Assembly (NCBI GenBank): GCA_050950505.1
Contig: JBMNHS010000001.1
Location: forward strand, 896,001-960,000
Direction: 5' to 3'
Length of the DNA: 64,000 nt
Source of the DNA: Candidatus Methanomethylophilaceae archaeon
Lineage (GTDB): Archaea > Thermoplasmatota > Thermoplasmata > Methanomassiliicoccales > Methanomethylophilaceae
Positions within the stretch are counted from its first letter, which is position 1. Each line of letters opens with the position of its first letter. The position numbers were made by a program, and so were the translations under genes. Positions 22,202 through 31,002 of this stretch are shown one piece after another. A model generated the notes under the pieces. That model did not search any database. It was not told where the DNA came from and was given only the letters and a program-made list of their open reading frames with translations.

Positions 22202-23239
22202 ATGACGATGACACCAAGAGAAAGAGTGCTGTCCGCACTCAAAAAAGAATCTACGGACAGACCGCCCGTAGCCATGTTCACCGCCTGTGCTACTGCTGGG
22301 ATGATGAGAGCCGCCGATACGTACTTTCCGGAGGCGCACTCCGACGCCGGAAAGATGGCCAGACTGGGCAGTTCCCAGGCAGTGAACTTCGGTCTCGAAT
22401 CGGTAAGGGCCGGTTTCTGTCTTACGCCTGAAGCGGAGGCTTTGGGTTGCGAAGTGAACATAGGAACGGATAAATCGGGGCCAATGGTCAAAGAACACCC
22501 ATTCAATTTCAACCCCATGAAAAAAGAGTACGATGAACCCGAATTGTTGGACATCGACAAGTTTTTGCAATCCGGGCGCGTCAAAGTGACCCAGGATGCG
22601 ATGTCTATCATGAAAAAGGAACACGGCGAAGATTACGTCGTGATTGCGGGAAGCACGGGACCCTTCACGTTGACGGGACATCTGGTGAACACAGAGAATC
22701 TGATATTCTCGGTTTTCATGGATCCGGATGTTGCCAAGAAATGGATATCCGCAGTCAATCCTTATTGTAAAGCCTACGGACAGGCGTTGTTGGACGCAGG
22801 TGCGGATGTGCTGCAGATGTCTGAACCGTCTTCGTCGACGGATATATTGTCGCCGAACGATTTCCCGATTTACTCGGGGGCGTACATGAAAGATTCCCTG
22901 GGGGCTCTGAACGGAGATAACAGAATATTGCACATCTGCGGGGACACGACGGAAATAATACCTGCCATGTTCGAATCGGGAGCCTCAGGAATATCCATAG
23001 AAGAAAAAGTGGAGCCTCATGAAGCCATAAAAATCGTCAACGGAAAAGGCCCGGTGGTAGGCAACGTGGGATGTGCGTTCCCCCTGTTCAGCGGTACGCC
23101 GGAAGACGTGGTAAAATCAACGAAAGCATGCGTCGAGGCGGGATTCGATGTCGTGGCCGCCGGATGCGGAGTTCCCGTGGGCGTGCCGGATGCCAGCATA
23201 AAAGCCATGGTGGACACGGTCAAATCTTACGGAAAATAA
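22202..23239 (+). CDS. MtaA/CmuA family methylcobamide:CoM (thiol) methyltransferase, copy 2
   Basis: Clear paralog of 20872-21909; LHICG and AGCG motifs. Confidence 0.9.
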   Translation: MTMTPRERVLSALKKESTDRPPVAMFTACATAGMMRAADTYFPEAHSDAGKMARLGSSQAVNFGLESVRAGFCLTPEAEALGCEVNIGTDKSGPMVKEHPFNFNPMKKEYDEPELLDIDKFLQSGRVKVTQDAMSIMKKEHGEDYVVIAGSTGPFTLTGHLVNTENLIFSVFMDPDVAKKWISAVNPYCKAYGQALLDAGADVLQMSEPSSSTDILSPNDFPIYSGAYMKDSLGALNGDNRILHICGDTTEIIPAMFESGASGISIEEKVEPHEAIKIVNGKGPVVGNVGCAFPLFSGTPEDVVKSTKACVEAGFDVVAAGCGVPVGVPDASIKAMVDTVKSYGK

Positions 23240-23389
23240 GACTTTCCCAAAACCTCTTACTTTTTATTTTTATTTCGGTTCCGTCGATCGTGCGGACGGA
23301 ATCCTATAAAAAATCCGACAGCGGAAGCTGTCTTTCAGGTTAATGGATTAAAAAAAGAAAAACTCCGGATTTTCACCGGAGTCATTGTT

Positions 23390-23791
23390 TCACTTGCCTT
23401 CTTCCTCGTCCCATTCGCTGAAGAGCTGTACAATGCCTTTTTTGGCAATGGACCAGCTGGGAACTCCGCCGGTCAGAACGGCGACCTGAACCGCTTCAAG
23501 AATCTCGGCTCTCGTGGCACCGTAATTCTTGGCCACTTTTGCCTGTGCGTAAACACAATCGTCGCAGGCTCTCACGCATACGCAGGCGAGGGCGATGAGT
23601 CTCTTGGTTTTCATATCCAGGGCCCCGTCGGACAGAATTGCTTCATCCAAATCGCGGATGATATCCACAAAACCCGGAGTAAGGTCCTTGATGGCTTTCA
23701 GTGTGTTGGGTGCGAAATCACCCATGATTCTGCGCATTTCACAGAAAGACGCAGGATCCTTTTTGCCGCAAGCTTCATGTTTCTCGGACAT
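23390..23791 (-). CDS. carboxymuconolactone decarboxylase/AhpD family protein
   Basis: DGALDMKTKRLIALA, CDDC, GATRAEILEA. Confidence 0.85.
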   Translation of the reverse strand: MSEKHEACGKKDPASFCEMRRIMGDFAPNTLKAIKDLTPGFVDIIRDLDEAILSDGALDMKTKRLIALACVCVRACDDCVYAQAKVAKNYGATRAEILEAVQVAVLTGGVPSWSIAKKGIVQLFSEWDEEEGK

Positions 23792-23842
23792 AATTTACGG
23801 TATAGCTTCGGATGCTTTATTTAATCATCGCAGTAAACATCA

Positions 23843-24628
23843 TTAAACGAACGGCTCTCCGAAATTCTCCATCTCTTCGCAGACGGTATTTCTCAAAAAC
23901 TCAAAACTGTCTTTGCTGTTGGATGCGATAATCGGATACTCTCTGCCGTACCCTTCGTTCCCGTTAACGGAGCCGACAAATCCTCCTGCCTCCCTCACAA
24001 TCAGGGCGCCGGCGGCAAAATCCCAGGGCTGCAGCGATGCTTCGTAGTAGATATCGATTTTTCCTTCGGCCAGCAGACACATTTCGTATGCGGCGGTTCC
24101 GAACCTCCGTATGTCTTCGCACAAAGGAAACATTCTTTCGGAAATTCTGAAACACATTTCGGCCCTTTCTTTTTTGTATGCGCTCCAGGAAGTGCAGAAC
24201 ATGGAGTTCTCCAACCGTCGGTCGGATACGGTCAATTTCTTATTTCCCGAGAATGCCCCTTTCCCTTTTTCAGCATGAAACATTTCTCCGGTGTAAGGCT
24301 GGTAAACCAGACCCGTGACGGGAATTCCGTTGTCGGTCAAAGCAACGGAAACCGTACTGACCCTCAGATCTCTGGCGTAATTGGCGGTTCCGTCTATGGG
24401 ATCTGCAATCCACCCGTAACGTCCTTCCCCCTCCCTTCCGTTCTCTTCTCCCAGAAACGAGGATCCCGGCAACAGTTCCGTCAGTTCCTTTTTCAGAAAT
24501 CTTTCGACTTTGTAATCGGCGCTGGTCGCGAGGTTCTCCCGTGTGCCTTTGGATTTCACGATCAGGTTTTCCCTGTCCTCCATGATATCTCCGGCCTTTC
24601 GGACAATGTTCATGATGTCTTCAATCAT
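23843..24628 (-). CDS. inositol monophosphatase family protein
   Basis: FLGEE, WIADPIDGTANY, RRFGTAA, PWDFAAG; start trimmed to the ATG at 24628. Confidence 0.9.
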   Translation of the reverse strand: MIEDIMNIVRKAGDIMEDRENLIVKSKGTRENLATSADYKVERFLKKELTELLPGSSFLGEENGREGEGRYGWIADPIDGTANYARDLRVSTVSVALTDNGIPVTGLVYQPYTGEMFHAEKGKGAFSGNKKLTVSDRRLENSMFCTSWSAYKKERAEMCFRISERMFPLCEDIRRFGTAAYEMCLLAEGKIDIYYEASLQPWDFAAGALIVREAGGFVGSVNGNEGYGREYPIIASNSKDSFEFLRNTVCEEMENFGEPFV

Positions 24629-24878
24629 CTTACTCCCGTCACCACTGTATCGCATCATATATTCCTATAATAGCGGTTTCCGTTGCACGGCGTTTCCGAA
24701 AGAATACTTATGCTTGTTTCCGCATCATGTTTTGTAAAGTCTTAAAAAGTACTTTTGACCCAATTCCCTGAGTTCATTTTTCGACAAATGGTAAAAAACT
24801 CTGTTTTCAATTCTTTACGTCAAATGACGATAAATAAGTTCGACATTATTAAATAAGAATCCTTCTGTCTATCGAATT

Positions 24879-25571
24879 ATGACGGAGGAGTTCGGCGAAA
24901 AAATTGCCGGTGACATAGCTATGTCTTCGGAGCCTGGGAAGACTATCCGCAAATGGAGAGAAGAGTTTTCCCTGTCTCAGCAACAACTTGCGGACAGCAT
25001 GGGAGTTTCCAACTCGGTTATAAGCGATTATGAATCCGGAAGACGGAAATCCCCCGGGGTGGCCGTTATCAAGAAGCTTGTTGAATCGCTCATAGCTTTG
25101 GATGCAATCAACGGATATCCGGTTGCTTCCAGATACCGGCCCGAAACCAGGGACGAGTGTATTTTGGCCATGGAAGAATTTGACGGAGGAATCGATTCCG
25201 ACAAATTCATCGAGATCATCGCCGGGCGGAACGTGAACCCGGACAAGATGCCTTCAAGGAAAATTTACGGTTACACAATCGTGGATTCCATGAAAGCCAT
25301 TGTGAATCTGAGTTCCGAGGATTACCTGAAGATATACGGGTGGAACATCGAACGTGCGTTGATTTTCACCGACGTGCATTTCGGAAGATCCCCCATGGTC
25401 GCAATCCGAGCCCATCCGCTGACTCCCGGAATGGTTGTTTACCAAAACCCGGAGAACACGGATGTTCTGGCCATAAAACTGGCTAAATTGGAGAAGATAC
25501 CCTTGGTCACCACCAAACTGGCTGTTGAAGAATTGGTTGAACGTTTGAACAAATTAAAGGAAGGGAATTGA
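24879..25571 (+). CDS. archaeal XRE-family HTH transcriptional regulator
   Basis: IAGDIAMSSEPGKTIRKWRE, SVISDYESGRRKSPG, GRSPMVAIR. Confidence 0.88.
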   Translation: MTEEFGEKIAGDIAMSSEPGKTIRKWREEFSLSQQQLADSMGVSNSVISDYESGRRKSPGVAVIKKLVESLIALDAINGYPVASRYRPETRDECILAMEEFDGGIDSDKFIEIIAGRNVNPDKMPSRKIYGYTIVDSMKAIVNLSSEDYLKIYGWNIERALIFTDVHFGRSPMVAIRAHPLTPGMVVYQNPENTDVLAIKLAKLEKIPLVTTKLAVEELVERLNKLKEGN

Positions 25572-26624
25572 ATGGACGTAGGAATTGTAAGCTACGGGGC
25601 TTACGTGCCCCGCTACAGAATAAAACCTGAGGAAATCGGGAGAATCTGGGGTGCGGACGGCGTAGGCATGGGAAGAGGACTGGGAATAATTCAGAAATCA
25701 GTCCCCTCGCCGGATGAGGATGTCATCACGATATCTTCCGAAGCGGCGAGATACATGATGGACAGGGTTCCCGAAGTGAACCCTCAGGACATCGGAGCCG
25801 TTTACGTCGGATCCGAATCGCATCCTTATGCGGTCAAACCCTCATCCGGGACCATCGCGGAAGTCATCAGGGCAACACCCAATCTGACCGCCGCCGATTT
25901 GGAATTCGCCTGTAAAGCCGGTACCGCCGGAATACAGATGTGCAAAGGACTCGTCGGCTCCGGAATGGTAAAATACGGAGTGGCAATCGGTGCCGATACC
26001 TCCCAGGGCGCACCCGGGGACGCTTTGGAATACTCTGCGTCGGCAGGCGGCGCGGCGTTCCTGATAGGGTCCGAAAAGGTAATCGCAAAGATAAACAAAA
26101 CATTGAGTTTCACCACCGATACGCCGGACTTTTGGAGAAGGGAAGGTCAACCCTATCCAAGACACGGAGGGAGGTTCACCGGAACCCCCGCGTATTTCAA
26201 ACACATAACTTCCGCCGCGAACCTGATGTTCGAGGCCATGGGAACCAAGGCCGAAGATTACGATTATGCGGTGTTCCACCAGCCCAACGGAAAATTCCCC
26301 CAAAGGGTCGCGGCCATGCTGGGATTCACCCCCGAGCAGATTGAGTACGGTCTTATGTCTCCGTATATCGGAAACACGTACAGCGGGGCCGTTCCTATCG
26401 GACTCGCCGGAGTCTTGGACAAAGCCAAACCCGGCGACAGAATTTTCGTCGTGTCGTACGGTTCCGGTGCCGGAAGCGATGCTTTCGACATAACCGTCAC
26501 CGACGAAATGAAGAATTACAAGAAAGAAAACGCACCCACATTGGAAAAGATAATTGAAAATCCGGTATTCCTGGACTATGCATTGTATGCGAAGTACAAG
26601 GGAACCATCATGATGCCGGAGTGA
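25572..26624 (+). CDS. hydroxymethylglutaryl-CoA synthase (archaeal type)
   Basis: [36 protein letters not shown]. Confidence 0.95.
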   Translation: MDVGIVSYGAYVPRYRIKPEEIGRIWGADGVGMGRGLGIIQKSVPSPDEDVITISSEAARYMMDRVPEVNPQDIGAVYVGSESHPYAVKPSSGTIAEVIRATPNLTAADLEFACKAGTAGIQMCKGLVGSGMVKYGVAIGADTSQGAPGDALEYSASAGGAAFLIGSEKVIAKINKTLSFTTDTPDFWRREGQPYPRHGGRFTGTPAYFKHITSAANLMFEAMGTKAEDYDYAVFHQPNGKFPQRVAAMLGFTPEQIEYGLMSPYIGNTYSGAVPIGLAGVLDKAKPGDRIFVVSYGSGAGSDAFDITVTDEMKNYKKENAPTLEKIIENPVFLDYALYAKYKGTIMMPE

Positions 26625-26628
26625 TGAC

Positions 26629-27792
26629 ATGAGAGAAGTAGCTATAGTAGGCACAGGAGTCACAAAGTTCGGTGAACTTTGGGACAAATCATTCAGGGCA
26701 ATCGGAATCGAAGCCGGAATCAAAGCAATCGAAGACGCCGGCATGTCCGGTTCGGAAGTGGACGGTGTCTACTTCGGAAACATGTCTTCGAGGTTCATCA
26801 ACCAGCAGCACATCGACGCGTTGATTGCGGATTATTCGGGAATGGCCACAAGGCACGTTCCTGCCGTGAGAACCGAGGCCGGAGGAGCCTCCGGAGGCGT
26901 GGCGTTCAGACAGGGAGTCATGGCCGTGGCGTCGGGAATGAACGACGTTGTCCTTGTGGGCGGAGCGGAAAAGATGACGGACATGGACGATGAAGGCATC
27001 GCTTCGATCATGGACAGCACCGCGGATGCGGAGTGGGAAGTTTCCATGGGACTTACTTTGACTTCATTGTACGCAATGATTGCGAGAAGAATGATTTATG
27101 ACGGGATTGCGACCCGGGAGGAAATCGCGTCCTTCGCGGTAAACGCCCACAAACACGGTGCGTTGAATCCCAACGCACAGTTCAAGAGACCCGTTCCTTT
27201 GGAAACGGTTCTGAAATCCGGCCCGGTGGCCGAACCGTTGAACGTGTTTGACTGCGCTCCTTACTCGGACGGTGCCGCCGCCGTGGTGCTGGTTCCTGTG
27301 GAGCAAGCCAAAAAGATGGGCGTGGACTATGTCAAAGTGGCCGCAACCGCCCAGGCAAGTGACACGCTGGCTCTGTTCCAGAGAGAAGACATAACCACCT
27401 TCAAAGCAACCACCGTTGCCGCCAAGGAAGCATACAAGCTGGCGGGAATCGAAGCCAAGGACATCGACGTTGCGGAAGTCCATGACGATTTTACCGTGGG
27501 GGGTGTAATGGCCCTTCAGGATCTCGGATTCTTCAAGAGAGGAGAGGCCGGAAAAGCCGTCCTCGAAGAACGCATCGGAATCGACGGAGAGGTGGCAATC
27601 AACACCTCGGGCGGCCTGAAAGCCGCAGGTTATCCCGTTGGGGCCGCCGGCGTCGCTCAGATAGTGGAAATCGCCAACCAGCTCAGGAACAAGGCGGACG
27701 GCAGACAGGTTGAGAATGCAAAATACGGTCTCGCACAGTCGGTCGGAGGAACAGGTTCCGCCGTAACCGTCAGCATATTGGAGGCAATCTGA
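26629..27792 (+). CDS. acetoacetyl-CoA thiolase homolog with catalytic motifs substituted
   Basis: Thiolase fold motifs (GAEKM, SDGAAA, INTSGGLK) and HMGCS-thiolase-DUF35 synteny; TEAGGASG, HDDF and GYPVGAAG replace the Cys/His motifs. Confidence 0.88.
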   Translation: MREVAIVGTGVTKFGELWDKSFRAIGIEAGIKAIEDAGMSGSEVDGVYFGNMSSRFINQQHIDALIADYSGMATRHVPAVRTEAGGASGGVAFRQGVMAVASGMNDVVLVGGAEKMTDMDDEGIASIMDSTADAEWEVSMGLTLTSLYAMIARRMIYDGIATREEIASFAVNAHKHGALNPNAQFKRPVPLETVLKSGPVAEPLNVFDCAPYSDGAAAVVLVPVEQAKKMGVDYVKVAATAQASDTLALFQREDITTFKATTVAAKEAYKLAGIEAKDIDVAEVHDDFTVGGVMALQDLGFFKRGEAGKAVLEERIGIDGEVAINTSGGLKAAGYPVGAAGVAQIVEIANQLRNKADGRQVENAKYGLAQSVGGTGSAVTVSILEAI

Positions 27793-28196
27793 TGTCAACA
27801 GTCGCAAAAGAGTGGAGAGAAATCCCCGCGAGGTACAACCTTGTCGGTTCCGAATGCGGAAACTGCGGAAGGAAGTACTTCCCCGAGAGGAACATGTGTC
27901 CTCACTGCAGAAGGAACGGTTTCGGCAAAATGCGCCCCTATGACGTGTCGAGGAAGGGTAAGGTGTTCACCTTCTCCATAGTCCATGACGCTCCGGCGTG
28001 CAACAGGGATCTGAAACCCTATGCGGTGGTCATGGTCAGAACCGATGACGGTCTCCTGATATCCGGTCAGTTGGTTGACGCGAATCTCGGAGAAATCGAA
28101 ATCGGAATGAGAGTCCGTGCCGTGTTGAGAAAACTCAGCGAAGCAGGGGATTCCGGAATAATCCACTACGGTTTCAAGTTCGTCCCCGACCTTTGA
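27792..28196 (+). CDS. DUF35 Zn-ribbon/OB-fold scaffold protein
   Basis: CGNCGRKYFPERNMCPHC plus OB-fold, ends YGFKF; synteny. Confidence 0.9.
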   Translation: MSTVAKEWREIPARYNLVGSECGNCGRKYFPERNMCPHCRRNGFGKMRPYDVSRKGKVFTFSIVHDAPACNRDLKPYAVVMVRTDDGLLISGQLVDANLGEIEIGMRVRAVLRKLSEAGDSGIIHYGFKFVPDL

Positions 28197-28261
28197 ACGG
28201 GACGGACGGCAAACATCTTATTTCAATCAAAAGGGGGTCCGCCCCCTTGTCTTTTCATTTT

Positions 28262-28720
28262 TCAGAATTTCATTATGTCGACGGCGGCAACATGTTCCAG
28301 AATAAGTTCGGTGTACGGGATGTCCGATTTTTCCAGATTCATGTTCTTTGCGGATTCTTCGGTGCAGTCGATGAGGGAATCATCCCTTTCCGCCTCTATG
28401 TCCTCAAGACGGAAATCGTCACAGTTTCCGATAATCAGCACCACGAATCGGTCACTGTCTTTCTTCGGACTCATTTTCTTTATGGCTCTCCCGATCTGTC
28501 TGTCCGCCGAGGCGTAAAGAATTGTTTCGGAAACAAGATCCCGGGAGCGGTTTGTTCCCCTTTCCATGGCACGTTCGGCGTGAATGTAAGCGGACAGAAG
28601 GTGATCCTTTCCGCAGATGTAATCAGGATCGAAAAGTATCGCTTCGGCCCCCACGGTTTCAAAATGATCCATGATTTCATTCGGAGTCTTTTCGCATTTT
28701 ATTCCGATTGCTTTCAGCAT
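28262..28720 (-). CDS. cgi121: KEOPS complex subunit Cgi121
   Basis: HLLSAYIHAERA, ETILYASADRQIGRAI; start trimmed to the ATG at 28720. Confidence 0.85.
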   Translation of the reverse strand: MLKAIGIKCEKTPNEIMDHFETVGAEAILFDPDYICGKDHLLSAYIHAERAMERGTNRSRDLVSETILYASADRQIGRAIKKMSPKKDSDRFVVLIIGNCDDFRLEDIEAERDDSLIDCTEESAKNMNLEKSDIPYTELILEHVAAVDIMKF

Positions 28721-28836
28721 GACGGACCATGTGATGAACCCCTTCCGTTTTAACTTTATCAATGACGGAAACCGATAAAGTTTATCATATGGGGCATATA
28801 TGCCCGATTATTGGAATAATTCCGGGACTGAATCAA

Positions 28837-29769
28837 ATGAGTGACGAATGGATTAAGGTAGCCGCTCCGGCCACCACTTCTAACATCGGGCCGGGGTTCG
28901 ATACCTTCGGACTCGCGTTGAGCGAACCTTATGACATCGTGGAAGGCCGGAAAATAGATTCAGGCATGATCATCAGTGAAATCACAGGTCCCGGCAGCGA
29001 CATCATACCCATTGATCCGAAAAAGAATTCAGTCTGCATCGCGGCCGCCGAGGTTCTTCAAAAATCAGGCGAGGATTTCGGCATCGAATTCAGAATCACG
29101 AAAGGAATCAGGCCGGGAAGCGGTTTGGGTTCTTCGGGAGCTTCCGCTTCGGGCGGAGCGTATCTCGCGCATCTGATGTGCGGGAAAAAACTCACGGACA
29201 ACGAATTGGTACTGTGTGCCGCAAGAGCCGAAAGCGTGACTTCCGGAGGACTGCACGCGGACAATGTGGCTCCTTCCCTTTTGGGAGGATTCACCGTGAT
29301 ACGTTCCTACGACCCTTTCGACGTGATATCGATCGAACCGCCGAAGAATCTGGGTATTGTGGTCACTCTTCCGGACATTTACATTGAAACCAAGGAAGCC
29401 AGAAAAGTCATTCCCAAGGAAGTTCCGTTGGAACATCTCGTGTTCCACGTAGGAAACGCATCGTGTCTAACTCACGGCATGGCGACCGGCGACCTTGATT
29501 TAATCAAAAGATCCATACGGGATTTGGTATCCGAACCGAACAGAAAGGAACTCGTTCCCCGCCTGGACGAAGCGGAAGAAACGGCTTTGTCCAACGGAGC
29601 CCTGGCATCTTTCCTGGGGGGTTCGGGCCCCTGTGTCATGTCGTTCTACGACAAAAGCACCGGCGACGGAAACGTTATTGCCGAAAAAGTGAAATCGGTT
29701 TACACCCAAGCCGGCATCGGATGCGAAAGTTGGGTTACGGTTTGCGGCAAAGGCTGCAGAAGGATTTGA
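28837..29769 (+). CDS. thrB: homoserine kinase
   Basis: APATTSNIGPGFD, GSGLGSSGAS, HADNVAP. Confidence 0.93.
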   Translation: MSDEWIKVAAPATTSNIGPGFDTFGLALSEPYDIVEGRKIDSGMIISEITGPGSDIIPIDPKKNSVCIAAAEVLQKSGEDFGIEFRITKGIRPGSGLGSSGASASGGAYLAHLMCGKKLTDNELVLCAARAESVTSGGLHADNVAPSLLGGFTVIRSYDPFDVISIEPPKNLGIVVTLPDIYIETKEARKVIPKEVPLEHLVFHVGNASCLTHGMATGDLDLIKRSIRDLVSEPNRKELVPRLDEAEETALSNGALASFLGGSGPCVMSFYDKSTGDGNVIAEKVKSVYTQAGIGCESWVTVCGKGCRRI

Positions 29770-29770
29770 A

Positions 29771-30988
29771 ATGGTATCTCACAGAGTAAAGTGCTGGGAT
29801 TGCGGTTCGGACGTGGATGACCCGTTCGTCAGCGTATGCCCGAAATGCAAGGGACTGCTCACTGTCAAAATGGACTTGGAAAAAGTCAAAGAAAAATCTC
29901 CCGAAGATCTGAGGAAAACACCGATAGGAGTGTGGAGATACTCCGATTTCATGCCGGTTGACGCTTCGAAGAAAGTTTCAATACAGGAAGGGGGAACCCC
30001 GTTGTACAAGACGGACGCTCTTGCCGAAATCGTCGGCGTCGACGGGATGCACATAAAGTTTGAAGGACTGAACCCCACCGGTTCCTTCAAAGATAGGGGA
30101 ATGACCGTAGGAGTCACCCGCGCCAAGGAATTGGGCGCTGAAATCGTGGGATGCGCATCCACCGGAAATACTTCCGCTTCTCTTGCGGCTTACGCCGCGA
30201 AGGCGGGTATGAAGTGCGCCGTGTTTTTGCCGTCCGGAAAAGTTGCCGCCGGCAAACTGGCACAGGCTCTGTTCTACGGCGCCAAAGTTCTTTCCATCGA
30301 CGGAAATTTCGATGACGCCCTTGCTCTGGCAAGAACCATGTCCGAACAGAAGAAACTGTACCTGTTGAATTCGATAAACCCATATCGTCCCGAAGGACAG
30401 AAATCCGTGCTGTTCGAAATCCTCGATCAGTTGAATTACGAAATACCCGACAGAATCGTTCTCCCCGTCGGAAACGCCGCAAACATCTGGGCGGTTTACA
30501 AAGCCCTCACCGAGCTGGAAGAGGTGGGATGGATAGACAAAATGCCCATGCTTACCGGAATACAGGCGGAACTGTCCGCTCCGGTCGCCAAGGCTTTCGG
30601 CGGAAAAGAGAAAGATTTCGTTCCTGTCGAGAATCCTGAAACCATTGCCACCGCGATACGCATCGGCAATCCCGTGAGCGGCAGAAAAGCCCTTGCGGCG
30701 ATTTACGACACGGGCGGATTTTCCACCACGGTCACCGATGACGAAATAATCGAGGCCCAGAAACTCACCGCGATGAAGGAAGGCGTGTTCGTCGAACCCG
30801 CTTCCGCGGCATCCGTCGCGGGATTGATTAAGCTGAGGAAACAGGGCATCGTTGACAGAGACGAAAAAGTCGTGGCCATCTGCACCGGAAACGGACTCAA
30901 AGATCCCGAAACCGCGGTGAAGTACAGCAATCAACCGATCAAGTGCGCCAACTCCGCGGAAGCCGTGGATGAAATCCTGTCCCGTTGA
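29771..30988 (+). CDS. thrC: threonine synthase
   Basis: NPTGSFKDRG, CASTGNTSAS, PVGNAAN, EPASAA. Confidence 0.95.
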   Translation: MVSHRVKCWDCGSDVDDPFVSVCPKCKGLLTVKMDLEKVKEKSPEDLRKTPIGVWRYSDFMPVDASKKVSIQEGGTPLYKTDALAEIVGVDGMHIKFEGLNPTGSFKDRGMTVGVTRAKELGAEIVGCASTGNTSASLAAYAAKAGMKCAVFLPSGKVAAGKLAQALFYGAKVLSIDGNFDDALALARTMSEQKKLYLLNSINPYRPEGQKSVLFEILDQLNYEIPDRIVLPVGNAANIWAVYKALTELEEVGWIDKMPMLTGIQAELSAPVAKAFGGKEKDFVPVENPETIATAIRIGNPVSGRKALAAIYDTGGFSTTVTDDEIIEAQKLTAMKEGVFVEPASAASVAGLIKLRKQGIVDRDEKVVAICTGNGLKDPETAVKYSNQPIKCANSAEAVDEILSR

Positions 30989-31002
30989 TTTCTGAAAAGG
31001 AA

